NCBI GenBank assembly: GCA_037447605.1
Contig: CM074809.1
Span: 293,628-357,627 of the forward strand
Length of the DNA: 64,000 nucleotides
Direction: 5' to 3'
From: Zygnema circumcarinatum SAG 698-1b
Lineage: Eukaryota; Plantae; Zygnematophyceae
The notes beneath the pieces were generated by a model. That model did not search any database. It saw nothing but the letters and a program-made list of their open reading frames with translations, and was not told the origin of the DNA. The position numbers were made by a program, and so were the translations under genes. This document shows, one piece after another, positions 21,572 to 34,472 of the stretch (positions within the stretch are counted from its first letter, which is position 1; every line of letters begins with the position of its first letter).

Positions 21572-24500
21572 TTAAGCGGATCCGCTGACTGCATTCGCGA
21601 GCTCATAGTCTGCGGAGGTGACTCCTGCTTCATTTACGAGTTTCTGTGTGAGTCGGGTGAGGCTGTCCATAGCATTCTTAGCGAGCTCTAAGGCTGCATC
21701 CTTCTCATTCAATTGCACTTTCAGAAGCTGAAGTTTCGCCAGCTCTTCTGCTGCGGCATTCAGCTCTCCGGCTGCTGCTACTGCCTCCATTTGCTGGGCT
21801 GAGCGAGAGGCCCAACCCAAGGTCTCTTCATTGACTGAGTCTGCATCTGCAAGAAAGCCCTCTCTCAACAAAGACTTCGAATCAGTCACAATATCACTAT
21901 GTCAATATCTTTCATGGGAGTCAGAAAGGAAAGGGTTTGATAACCCAAAAAAAAATAATGAACCAGGCTTTTCAGTGAAGTATGGTGCTTTCTCTCACCT
22001 TCCTTTCGTCGCGGATAGCCTGCACAACTCGCCTCCAAATGGCACTCCTCCAACAGCTCTTGGCTGAGGTCAGCAAGCCCCTGGAGAGCAAACAGAGCTG
22101 TTTCCACCTCCAATTTTGCCACCTGGTAATACGAGAAGCCCGTCAGTACTTGTCGATGTGAAAATTACCGAAAAGCCTGAAAGCATCGAATTAGCGCATC
22201 GCATGAAGTTCACATACAAACAATGATGCGGGGCATTTTCAGCCCCACATAGAATTGACTCGCTACTTTGAGCAATAGCTGCGCTGCCAAAACCCCCCTA
22301 AACACACTTCAAAGCCTTTAGCCCTCTTGAATCTTGACATCATGCACCAAACGAGCAGATATGGACAGGGACTCCACAACTGATAGCTGAGCTTTTCTTT
22401 CTATCTTCCTTCCACTCCCTATCTCTTCCTACTTCCAGCTTCTTTTCCACACTTTCCCGTTTTCCCTCCCTCTTCAAAGTTCTTCACTTTCCATCTTCCC
22501 TCCCCCTGCTCACTTCCCGCCACCTTATTTCTCTTCTACCTTTGCTCCCTCCCTCCGTCCCCTACCCTCCCCTCACTTCCCCTCTCCCTATCCTTCTCTC
22601 CCTTCCCCTTTCCAATTCCATCTACCCGCACCCGTCCCCTCCCGCCCTGCACCATCGTTACTCCCTATCCTCTACACCACACCCTCATTCACAATAACCA
22701 ACCTCCGTACCTCCAGCTCCATCTGCTCCAACTTCGGCAGCTCCGATCTCTCCTCTTTCTCCCTCCCCACTCCTTGAACCTTTGAAGCCTTGAGCCCTGC
22801 CAAAGCCCTCGCCTCCTCCAGAACATCCTGCCTTAGGGTTGCCAGCTCCGCCTCTCTCGCCTCCCACCGGTCAAGCAGCCTCCTAAGCTCCTCATTCTTC
22901 TGCTCCAAAGCAGCCTTCATGGAAGCCATTTCCACTTCTTTCTGCTTCAAGGAGTCTTTCACTGCTTGAAGCTCCGCCTCAATGGCATGCAAGTGCGAGT
23001 TTCCATTGTTTTCCCTCTCCTGTCAGAGACCCAACGAAACGGAATCAAAAAACAATCGGCAAATCCAAACACACTGTTTGGGAAACAGACATAGCAGCAA
23101 ATCAATGAAAGGGAAACATGCCAGCCTCGTTACCTGCAGCCGCTGCAGTTCCAACTCTCGTTCCAATAAAGCCCGATTTGCAGCGAACAGCTCAAAGTTA
23201 GTCTGCATCAGCACTTCATTATCTCCCACAGAAACAGGCAAGCTGGTTGCTGCTGCTGACTGGGCAAGCGACTTCGAGAGAGCTGCAATCTGTTCTACGA
23301 CTGTTGTTGCTTCACTCAATTTCTCACTCGTAGAGTTCAAGTCCGCTCGCATAGCTGCAATTGTACAGTCCTTCTCTTTCAAAAGAATGCTCATTTTCGC
23401 CAATTCACTCTCCTTCTCTGTCAGTTTCTCCTTCACCTCTATGAGCTCCAACTGCAAGCTCTCCACCTGCTTAGCTGCTAGCTCAAGCTCAACCGACTTA
23501 TCCTTTAGAGCAACCTCAGCCACCAGGAGCTCTGATTTGACCTCTTGCAACTCTAATTTCAACCCTATCACTTCGGCCTCCTTCAACTGAACCGCCAATT
23601 CTGCATCCGATAGCGCGGCATCCTTTTGCCTTATCTGTTTTTTCAGCGTATTCATCTCAAAGATCGAGTCCTTCACCGCCTGCTTTCCAGCAGTCAGAGC
23701 CACTTGTAGCCTATCCGTCTCGTGCTGTTGGTCCTGCAGTATTTTACTCACCCTATCATACCCTGCTCTAGCTAACCGGAGCTGCTCCTTCGAATTATGC
23801 GCCTCTCTTCTTGCCTGTGCCAGCTCCAACTCCCTCATTCTCATCACTGATCTCTGCGATTCTAGCTCCTTATCTGTCTTCCCAAGACTGTCCTTCTGTT
23901 CCAATAGATCGTGCCGAAACCGCACCACAGTCAGTTGTGTGGTCTGAAGCTCCTTCTGCACATCCGCAAGAAGCTCTTTCGCGTGATCCAATTCTCTCTT
24001 CGTCATACTTCCTGCCGCCTTACTGCTACTCAAATCCCTCTCCAGTACTTCAATTTCATCCTGAGCCCCCAGCCATGCAGTCACTCTTGCCTCTAAGTCC
24101 TTCTCCGTCTCCATCAGCTTCACTTGCCGCACCTTCAACTCCTCTCTCGATGCCTTCAGCTCCACATCCTGCCTTTTCACATACTCTGCCAACTGCTTCA
24201 GCTCCCTCTCCCTCTCCCTCTCCCTCTCCTCCTTCGCATTCAGATCCGACTGCGACTTCTTCAACTCAATCAGCATTCTACCCACAGTCTCGTCCCTCTC
24301 TGCTAATTTCTCATTGGCTTTGTTAAACTCTTCCTCCAACTTCCTCAACGCCGCCTGGGCAGCCCGCAATTCCCTTTCCTTCTCCCTCACTCTCCCGTTC
24401 GCCTCCTCCAGCTCCTTCCCCAACTCCTTCACCTCCGTCCTCAACATCTCGATCTCCCCCTCCTTCCCTTTCTCCTCCCACTCCGCTACCTCCAACCTCT

Positions 24501-24930
24501 TCTCCCTCTTTGCCAGCGATGCCCTCGCCCTCTGCAGCTCCAACCTGTCGTCCTTCAGCATCTCCTCCGCCTCCCTCAGCTGCTGCTCCTTCTCCCTCAG
24601 GGCATCAAGGGCCGCCTCTAAATCCTTCTCAATCTGAGCCACTGCGTTCTCCAACTCCGTCTCCGTTGCATAGTCGGGGTCGAGCAGCCTCTCTTCGTGC
24701 CTCTGCGCCTGCGCGAAGAGCCTCTCCAAAGCAGATCTCGCAGGGTCTAGAGGCTCATTGCTGCTCTGCCCGCTGGTTCCCATTCCACTTGATTTATCTA
24801 ACACGGCAGAAATTTTGATGGTTTTACCACCTCTCGCATATCCGCGCTTGGCGGGAGAGGTGCTTTTCTTCGCCATAGGCAGCAGGAAAGAGCTGGTAAG
24901 ATTGGGGCAGCCAACCTTCCCCACCAGAGG
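21572..24930 (-). CDS. PII1: PII1/MRC-like (myosin-resembling chloroplast) coiled-coil starch-granule initiation protein; at least 4 exons, 5' end unresolved
   Basis: Exons 24930-23134, 23019-22711, 22122-21999, 21846-21572 are in phase; first in-exon ATG at 24876. Blocks ALERLFAQAQRHE, IEKDLEAALDALREKEQQLREAE, ETEKDLEARVTAWLGAQDEI, VAKLEVETALFALQGLADLSQELL and C-terminal LTQKLVNEAGV parallel Arabidopsis MRC/PII1 as I recall it. Confidence 0.75.
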
Positions 24931-26454
24931 CTGCAAACATGTCGAAAGATCCTAAAATCAGTCATCACCGCAAAGAAACGCTACATAGACATGTATACAG
25001 ACATACGTAAATACTACATACATGCTTACATGCATACATATTGCACCTCAATGAACAAGACAGAAAAAAGGATGATGTACTGCCTGTGAGGGAGAACAGT
25101 AGCACCAGCCTTAGTGTTTACTGCATGGTCCTATTTACTCCCAACTACATGGACATGGTAATGACGAGCTCCCTCGGAAAAAACGACAGAACAAAGCTCC
25201 ACGCATTGGCTCATAGTTCACCCTTAGATCCGCGTATAAAAAGGAGAAAACAAGACATGCTTTCTTCCAGAAGAAAACTGTTTTCTTCCAGTAGAAAACA
25301 TGAAGAACTTCCTTCAGAACCAATACACTACACTGCTGCAGTAGGGCGGCTTCATCGTGGGCGCCTGGATGCTTCCAAAAAATATTTCTTGACGGTACGA
25401 ACAATAGCATTATTATTGCTTCTACCTTCATAAATACGCGATTTAACACGCACCCGGGTGTACAAAGCCAGGCATCACATCCTCTCAGATGTCAAGAAAG
25501 GAACAGGGGACATGCGTCTGAAATAGGAGAGGTTGAAGTTCAGAGGGAGAGATTCAAGAGCCGCCATGCATCTGTTTGGTGCTCTGAGAGTTGAGCCATG
25601 CAGAGCAATGCTTCCTTTTAAATCTTCACCATGTCTGTCTGCTACCTGAACAGCAGAGAATCATTCTCTTCTTCATCATGCATACAGCATGCTCTATATA
25701 ATCATGCATCATGCATACATGTTTCAGCTTGGCAAACGGAGGAACATGAACATGCCTTGCAGGTTGCAGGACTCATCATATTCCGCCCGAGCAACACCAA
25801 ACACGCGCGAACATCAACAAAGTGAGAGGAAAACACGGCCCGCCTGCCCTTTCCTGCCATCTTCTTCCCTCTCCCTCCCTCCTGCTCCTGCCCCTTCATC
25901 CTTCCTCTTACTTTACCTGCATGGAAGCTCCATCGCTCTCCTCCGCCCATTCTCCTCTGCTGCTCTTCAGCAGACGAGCAGATAAGCACCTTCCAATCGA
26001 TATTGAAGCCATGAAAACCCTAAAATCTCACTCTTGCATAAACTGCCCTTCCAAAACACGCAAAATAATAAATCAAAAAATAGGCCCAGACTCGTCAGAT
26101 GAGAATACTATGCGATGTCATTATTTTCAGCGATATGTCAGAAAGATATCCGAGATATATTTTAGGGTTTCCCTTGCAGTCACAGGCCTTCCTCCTCCTC
26201 CTGCTCTCCCTCTCCCCCTTCCAAGCAGAACCAGGAGCTTGTTCTCAAGGGAGTGATGTTGGAGAACTTCAAAAAATGATGTCGAGTGTGCACTACATCA
26301 CCGCGACAGCATTCTCAGACATCGATGACATCACTTGAAGCTTTTGATTAAAAAAGTCGTTCAAAAAAGAAAAAATAAAACCCAAAAAATTAGTATTTTT
26401 TCAAATTTTTAAATTCTATTGTTGCGTGGCACAATTTAGGCCGTAAGATCAAAA

Positions 26455-26825
26455 GTATATGCCACGTGACGTTATTTTTGCCGTCCAAATTCACTGAAAT
26501 CTTTCAAAATTCTGGAGGCACAGAAATTGTGGTCCGAATTGTTCTAATGGTGACGTGGCTAAAAAGAGTATCGTGTAAAAAACGACAAATGCTTTCACCA
26601 ATAAAAGGTTGTCACGTGTCTATGCTTATCTCGTGCGTCGAGGAAGCGCCGCGTGTGCGAAGAATCAAAATAAATTCGTTACCACAATATATTTTTGAAA
26701 ATAATTTTGTGTCTGCCCGTTTGGGTGCCCGTATCGCAACTCTCCATTTTAATTGGCTGATTGCCTCTTCGGACAGTCCCAGGTGGCAGAAAAAACATTT
26801 TGATTGGCTGACTGCCACGTTGGTG
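26455..26825 (-). promoter_or_regulatory. G-box/ABRE-like ACGTG cluster upstream of the PII1/MRC-like gene
   Basis: GCCACGTG at about 26461, GACGTGGC at about 26553, CACGTG at about 26614, GCCACGT at about 26814. Similar motifs lie upstream of HAD (1078-1270) and CP12 (38030-38070). Function unverified. Confidence 0.3.
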
Positions 26826-28087
26826 GGTGCAGTCACGGGCAGCAGAAAAAAACATTCTGGATGAGCTGTCAGTTTCTCCTTTCAGGCGTCAGTGGGAACC
26901 GACCGTACATAATATCGTATCGTACCGTGTTCAATTTCGTATTCTTGTATTGGTTATATCGTCATATGTCGTATCGTATCGTATCGTTTTCTGTCATGCC
27001 GTATCGCAACAGGTCCGAAATGTTCCATGGCATATCGTATCGTATCCCGATACGGTTCTCGATACGATACAGGTGTAGCATAAAGCAAGGGCGGGCTTAT
27101 GAGGAATTTCATGCCACAAGAACATGCACACCCGTGACATGCACATAGGTCTTTCGCACCCCTAAAAACCCTAAAAACCCTCAAACTATTTTATAAAAAA
27201 CCTTAAAACCATGACTTTCAACGACCCAGGCAGGAGTCTGCATTTCAGGGTTTTTGTGATGGGGAGTTTTTAATATTATATTGTGTATAGGAAGAGCGAG
27301 GAAGAGGGAAGGGGGGCAGGGAGTAAGAGCGAGAGAGGGAGAGAGTGTGTTGGAGAGAGGAGGGAGAGTTGGAGAGAGGGAGAGTGGGAGAGTGAGTGAG
27401 AGAGGACGAGAGGGAGAGAGAAAAAGGATGGATGGTCGGAGGGAGAGGGATAGGACCGGTCGGAGATATTAGGAATAGGCTCAGGAGGGCGGCCCAAAAG
27501 CCTACCGTCAAAAACTGCAATTTTTTTTCCCTTTTTTTTTTTTTAAACCCAAGAAAAACCATCCTGTACACGAACCCACGTCACCAAACAAGTGCTGACA
27601 GACTGACTGCAGCGAGTTAGGATGCATGTGATGACGTCATCATCATCATCATCATCATCGGCCATCATACGAATGGGTTCAAAAAAAAAAGTAAGCTATT
27701 CCTTTCAAAAAAAAAAAAAACGTAATAATAATTATATGCAAAACAACTAAGAAACTCCTTTTTTTCGTTGAAACCTATCTAACGGCTAGACTCAGATTTC
27801 AGAGCCTATTTCTTTTTTTTTCTTTTAGGGTTTGTAGGGTCATCCATTTCAGAGGGGAAGACCCGCCCCCGCCCCCCTCTCCAACCTCTTCCATGTTGAA
27901 GCCGCCCAACCGTTGCAACCAACGGAACTCAAACTGCGACATGGAGCCACGTTCACGCATGCATGCATACATGCATGCATGGATGGATGTATGTATGGCC
28001 CCATGACCACATTCAATGAACCAAAGACCCTACGTCTCATATCCCTAAACTAAGGAGATTCTCGAACCGCTGTTACACTGTACAGAT

Positions 28088-29597
28088 TTACGCAACTGTG
28101 GCCGCATATAACGGGGAAGCTTTCACCGTATTCCACCATTCCAGCACGCCGGCTACGTCCACAATCATGGCCCGTTTTCTAAAGAAAAATCGACAGGAGG
28201 CGTCTTTGGCGGGGCAGTCGGGGCCCTTCTTTTCAATGATAGCGTGGTGCTCCAACCCCACCCACCGCGAAGCTTCCTGGTAGACCTTCAAGACCCGCGG
28301 GTCGTACTGCTGCAGGCCGAAGGGCACGAGTTCAAGGACCCTCTTTCCCTGCTGCATGAACATCACATGGTTCATAGTTCCGTCGCCCGCAACGGTGATG
28401 AACAGGTCCGCAGAACCCATGTGCAGCACCTGCACCGGAGGAAAAGGAAAGATCGAGATCAACATGAATTAAACAGGAATCAACGTAGAATCAAGGTTTA
28501 AAACCCTAAAAACCCCGGCAGAATGCACAACACACGAGAAAACGCAAGACATAACATGACATAACGATGGAAGTTCACAACACAACATACTTTTACAGGA
28601 AGGAACAATTCCTTGGTTAGGGTTAGTTAGATTGGGGTTAGGGTTAGGGTTAGTTAGATTGGGGTTAGGGTTAGGGTTAGAGTTCGGGTTCGGGTTCGGG
28701 TTAGGATTAGAGTTAGGGTTAGGGTTAGGGTTAGGTTAGGGTTAGGGTTAGGGTTAGGGTTAGGGTTAGGGTTAGGGTTAGGGTTAGGGTTAGGGTTAGG
28801 GTTAGGGTTAGGGTTAGGGTTAGGGTTAGGGTTAGGGTTAGGGTTAGGGTTAGGGTGGGGTTAGGGTTAGGGTTAGGGTTAGGGTTAGGGTTAGGGTTAG
28901 GGTTAGGGTTAGGGTTAGGGTTAGGGTTAGGGTTAGGGTTAGGGTTAGGGTTAGGGTTAGGGGTTAGGGTTAGGGTTAGGGTTAGGGTTAGGGTTAGGGT
29001 TAGGATTAGGGTTACGGTTAGGATTAGGGTTAGGGTTAGGGTTAGGGTTAGGGTTAGGGTTAGGGTTAGGGTTAGGGTTAGGGTTAGGGTTAGGGTTAGG
29101 GTTAGGGTTAGGTTAGGGTTAGGGTTAGGGTTAGGGTTAGGGTTAGGGTTAGGGTTGGGGTTAGGGTTAGGGTTAGGGTTAGGGTTAGGGTTAGGGTTAG
29201 GGTTAGGAGGGTTAGGGTTAGGGTTAGGGTTAGGGTTAGGGTTAGGATTAGGGTTAGGGTTAGGGTTAGGATTAGGGTTAGGGATAGGGTTAGCGTTGGG
29301 ATTAGGGTTAGGGTTAGGGTTAAGGGTTAGGGTTAGGGTTAAGGGTTAGGGTTAGGGTTAGGTTAGGGTTAGGGTTAGGGTTAGGGTTAGGGTTAGGGTT
29401 AGGGTTAGGGTTAGGGTTAGGGTTAGGGTTAGGGTTAGGATTAGGGTTAGGATTAGGGTTAGGGTTAGGATTAGGGGTTAGGGTTAGGGTTAGGATTAGG
29501 GTTAGGGATAGGGTTAGCGTTGGGATTAGGGTTAGGGTTAGGGTTAGGGTTAGGATTAGGGTTAGAGTTAGGGTTAGGGTTAGGGTTAGGGTTAGGG

Positions 29598-29638
<41 letters not shown>

Positions 29639-32600
29639 GGTTAGGGTTAGGGTTAGGGTTAGGGTTAGGGTTAGGGTTAGGGTTAGGGTTAGGGTTAGCA
29701 GAGTGCAGAGAGCCCTTCTTCACCTGTTGGCAGAAATTGGTGAAATTCCGTTCCCCGAGAACGAGCAGCTCACAGTAATCTTGCGGTTGGCAGTGCATCC
29801 GCAACCCTCGAACAAGCTCTTCGAGGTTTTCTATGACTCCGTACCCCGTGTCAGCGTCTCCATGCAGCAGTAAAATCCGTACCGTATCCGGCGGCCTAAC
29901 TGTGAAGCTCCATGAGGCAGAAACTGCCGCTCCGCTAAGACTGTTTCCCTGTTTAACGCTTCCTGTTGACGAATCAGAAACTCCTGCTTGAGGTCCACAG
30001 TAAGCCCAAGCCCTTTCCTGTGCTTCCCTTAAAACAATATTTCTTTCTGCAGCCATTGGTCGATATCTGCGAGTCATTACTGCCCTTTCAAAACAGACAG
30101 GTCGGTTTCCGTTTCGCAGTCTAAAAGGGGCTATATGGTCCCCTAATAGAGCTTTAAAAAGCAGTCTACTCCACTGGGAGACTTTAGTTTCTAAGCTTCC
30201 CCTCCTATAGAACAATGCTCTTGCAGGTTTCATGAATCCGTAATCCGGATAAGGGTAGAACAGATTTGCAAGAATATTTGGAGTATGGAAGCGATCGTCA
30301 AAGCCATACCTACTGTGAAGAACGAGAGTTGTTCCTAGAAGGAGGAGAGCAGAGGGAGGCACACTTCGATAGCTAGTGAGAGCAAATTGGTTAGAGCAGT
30401 TGCTCCCTGTATGACATGCAGGTTGACTGTTATTGCCCTGCACACATAGAACCTGTTTTGGTTTAAGGGGAGACGGCATAACTATGACTTCCGGCATAGA
30501 TAAAACCCTCTGAATGGAAGACATAAACCGGTAGTTTTCATCTGTGCTCGCCACGTGTCCCGGAGGTTCAAAAATTGGCTCAAAATCGAGAGAAGCTTGA
30601 ACCGGCGACTGCACAAAAGCTGCATTGTGGGGATCATGAAAAGCTTCCTTTGTGAATTCGTCATGTTCCATGTACATCTTTGCCTGCGTTGTGTTCCGTA
30701 ATGCCATATCTCCCAGCATTGCTTCCAAATCATTCAAACATGCAGAAAGCATTCGTACTCTCTCTGCTTCTGCAGCTGCGTTTCCATCCACTTCAGTGAT
30801 CCTCTTCTCCCCATCCACTACCAATAGAGGGGGAGTGTTCCCCAGCCGAGTTGCAAGCATGTTAAGCGCGATCGCTGCACAACTCGGCATTCGGTCGACA
30901 TACTCTTTTACCGGCTGCACCACCACCCACACAAAACAATCGAGTTCTATGTCACTTGCAGGTGCAAAAAAAGGTTAAGATTAACTCGCGTGCAGTTTGC
31001 GTACATGGATACTAATCTATAGAGTTGTATGGATTCGTAGAAGTTGATAGAGATCAGCATTACTTCCCACAAACTTGTGAATACCCCCTTGAAAACCTAG
31101 GTGTGCCCCTACTTCCTTCAAACTACCAACTCCCATAAGAAGAAATAATGATCTCGTAAATCCAACCCTAAGGAAGGAGAGCTTTGCACTGAACCAAAAA
31201 CCCTGACCCCCCTAGAGCCATTTAAAGAACAAATTACAAAAAAAAGACTAAAAGCTGAAAAGCACATGACTAAAGCTTCCTTTCTGCATTTTCGCACCTG
31301 CGGTAGAGAGCAGGTGTAGGATTGCAGGTAGTCTCCATGCATGAGGAGAAGCTCCATTCCCACCATTGAATACTCTGTGCGAGGTTGTGCAACGAATACA
31401 AGCTCTCCTGTGAGAGAGCTTCTATAGTGAGCCATCGGAAACAGACCGATGAGTCTATGTGGCTGTTCCATCCACAGTTTGAACGCAGTCTGTAGAACAA
31501 GAGGTGCAACTTTTACGGTGTCATCCGTTACAAGTAAACAGTCCGTCATTAGGGTTTGGATGGGCCGGAGCTGCGCACTGGGGGAGTAATCTGAGCCGTT
31601 CAAAATCTGGACACTTTTGCTGCCGTTCCAATGCAGATGGGAGGCTTCCAATTGGGCGGCGGCGTTCACGGGCAGAATAAAAATTTTATGCACAAAACGG
31701 AGGGCACTGAATGATTGCAGAAGCAGCAGAAGAGAGGAAGGGTTTCCCCGGAAGCGAATAAGAACGCTCGCTTTCCTTGAAACAGGGGCTCCTTTAGCGA
31801 ATTCCATGTAGTCAGTTTGACAGAAAGGATTTGTAACGGCATCACTGGGTAGAACCACTCCCTGTTGCACTAAGAATGTGTACATATCACGGAGAACTTC
31901 CCATCGGAGGTGATCGTATCGTCTGGTTGGTGGATAATGCTTATCCCATATCTCATTCCACCTCTCAAAAGGCCCCTCGAAACGGACTGCTTTGAGGTTT
32001 GTATGCACCCACTCGTTCCATGTAGCGGAATATCCCAGTTTAGAAGGAGCGTTGTAGCCGTAATCTAAGTGATATTCCTGATTCTGAATGGGCCATTCGT
32101 TGAAAAATCCGTTGAAAAACAGCAAATCTTCCGTCTGTGGCACGCGCATATCTGCGGGTCTCTGCTCATACTCGTAAATCAGCTGCCGCAATGTGAACTG
32201 TCCTGGCTCCAAAACCATTAAACCGGGATTAAACCTGTCCGGCAAATCGTTATCTGGAGCAGCACTCAGCTGCTTCCGCTTAAACAAATCGTCGATGTTC
32301 TCCAAAACCAACATTCTGTAGTCCAAATACACCACTGTATCGTATTGGGTCAGAGCCCAAAGCCCTAATTTTGCGAACAAGCAGCTGCCCGCCTCCTCTC
32401 CGTACGACCCATTGGAGGCTCTGTGGACGGCCGTCCGGGCGCTCTCCGGCAAAGCTACAGGCTGAGGGTCAACCATGGCGCCCAGAGCTTCGAACACGTG
32501 GCGGGTGGGGGCGGAGAGGTTCCGTGTCAGTACAACTATGTCGAACGGAGTTTTGGTGGACTTAACGGAGTGCACGAGGACCATGGCGGACTTGGCGGTG

Positions 32601-32794
32601 GCTTCATTGCAGACGACGGTGGCGAAGGCGACGCGGGAGGGGTCGTTGGAGAGGGCGGGGCGAGAGGAGGAGGGGAGGAGGAGGCGGAGGAGAGGGAGGG
32701 AGAGGAGGAGGAGGAGGGCGAGGCGGGAGGCGCGGGAGAGGAGGGAGGGGGAGGGGGAGGCAGGGTAGGACGGATCAGGGCGAGACGGAGCCAT
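28088..32794 (-). CDS. Type II membrane protein with tandem GT8-like, GT64-like and GT61 (DUF563)-like domains; 3 exons, about 1009 aa
   Basis: Exons 32794-31298 (499 codons), 30914-29724 (397) and 28429-28088 (113 plus stop) are all phase 0 with GT-AG. N-terminal hydrophobic anchor [18 protein letters not shown]8: [42 protein letters not shown]64: [39 protein letters not shown]61: [39 protein letters not shown]. Confidence 0.8.
28615..29698 (+). repeat. About 1.1 kb (TTAGGG)n array in intron 2 of the GT fusion gene
   Basis: Mostly perfect 6-mer TTAGGG with scattered variants; it ends 25 nt from the donor at 29723. Confidence 0.95.
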
Positions 32795-33129
32795 GGGGGA
32801 GGCGGAGAGGGGGGGAAGTGGTAGGGTAGACTTGTTTCAAACCCTAAAAGGAATAGGGATGGCGGAGATCTAGAGCAGATCGAGGAAACGAAAGCGCCTA
32901 CAGGTGGCGGATGGCGTGTGCGCCCACGGACACCTTCGCATGCGCGATCCCTGCCGCCTCCTCCGGTCAGCCATGGACTGCTTGCTGCCTGCCTCTCTTC
33001 CTCCTCCTCCACCTCCTCCTCCTCTTCTCCTCCTCCTCCCTCCGCCTCAGTCACTCCATGGCGGCGACGCAGGGAGGGAGGGAGGGAGGAAGCTACGGAA
33101 TCACAGTACGGTCCGTACTATTCTACGTA

Positions 33130-34472
33130 CAGTCAGCAGTCCTCATATTTTCCATCCTGTACAGTGCGTCCCCAAGAAATTCGCCCCGATTTTGCCGAAA
33201 CCACCTTTTTGTACGGTAACTCTGTGTTAGCCGTACTACCCGTACTACCCGTACCCCTAAAACCAGGGTTCTTCAAATAGGGGATTTCGGCTTAAGATAG
33301 GGGACTGTCCCCTAACTTGGTTTTGTAAAAACACGTAAATATGGACTGTACGGACGAAACCGTGCACGTACGGACGTTCATCATTTCCCAACACTGCTAC
33401 CGTCGAGTCTGATTTTTCAGTAATTGGATGGGAGAAAGACAGAGTTTCGAAAGAGGTTAGACAGACTTTTCATTGGAAGGCATTCTTCACTGCAAACAGT
33501 TTGATAGTTTGACTGCTCTTTGAGGGTCTCTTTGAGTAATTTGCATCACTTCTATAGCTGTCTTGTTCAGCCTAAAACTCTTAAGGGAGTGAGACCATTT
33601 TTCATTTCATTTCTAATTTTAGTTCCTATTTCAGTTTTTCTTTTGTGACTACACCTAGAATTTCAGAGGTTATGATTTGGAATAGAGTTTTTGTGAGGAA
33701 ATTTCAAGACTATGATGGATTCTAAAGTGATACTTGGAGTAATTAATGATGGATGGAAAAAGAAATAGAGAGCTTAGGATTAGATCTACAAAGTTTCCGT
33801 GCAATTGGGTTTTTGAATAAGCAACTATATGTTGTGATTGCCAAATGCACAGTTGTTCTAATTGATTGGTAAAATTTACCAATTTATAAGAGTCGAAGAG
33901 GTTGCACCAGTTTCTAAAGCCGTGTTGTTATACCAACAAGTAAAGTTCATATACATCATTGCTATCGTGGTTGCAAATGCAATTCATTTCCAAAAAAATG
34001 CTTTTTTGGGGCTTGTGTGGTATTTAAGTTGAAATCACGTAAACTAATCTCAAAATCTTACATAAATAAGCTATTTACGATATTTAGGGGATCTCCCCTA
34101 TTTGAAGAACCCTGCCTAAAACCCTAGAAATCTTAGAAACCGTACTAGCCGTACTTGTCGTACTTGCCGTACTTGCTGTACTAGCCGTTACGGGCTTCAG
34201 CAAAACTCACCGAATCTTCCCGCACGTGCCGCCGTAAGAGGCGCTCGCTCGTCTTTCCTCCTTTTTGGCTCCGATACGACACGATACGATATGATACTGA
34301 ACGACACGGTACGACATGGTACGGTACGATACGTACGGTCCAACATGAACTGTAACATGAACTCTAACAATACCGCCCGTCTATTGGTAACACGAACCTT
34401 CTATTTGCAAAAATCAATATTTTCGCCTCATATTTGCCAAAACCATGGCGAAAATATGAGGACTGTTGACTG
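33130..34472. mobile_element. Tc1/mariner-type MITE (CAGT termini, TA TSD) with GTAC-rich interior, interrupted by a hAT MITE
   Basis: TA|CAGTCAGCAGTCCTCATATTTTC ... GAAAATATGAGGACTGTTGACTG|TA: 23-bp TIR with 1 mismatch. The interior is collinear with the arms of the 39239-44029 copy. Confidence 0.8.
33264..34114. mobile_element. hAT-type non-autonomous element, 851 bp
   Basis: Perfect 21-bp TIR CAGGGTTCTTCAAATAGGGGA / TCCCCTATTTGAAGAACCCTG and perfect 8-bp TSD CCTAAAAC (33256-33263, 34115-34122). Confidence 0.9.

Noticed and set aside
28855-29873. (LG)n and (VR)n ORFs; possible true chromosome end
   Set aside because: These are translations of TTAGGG. In-phase exons of one gene flank both sides, so the array is interstitial.
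33670-33882. Transposase remnant in the hAT element
   Set aside because: The 70-aa ORF has no convincing hAT dimerisation or DDE motif by eye.
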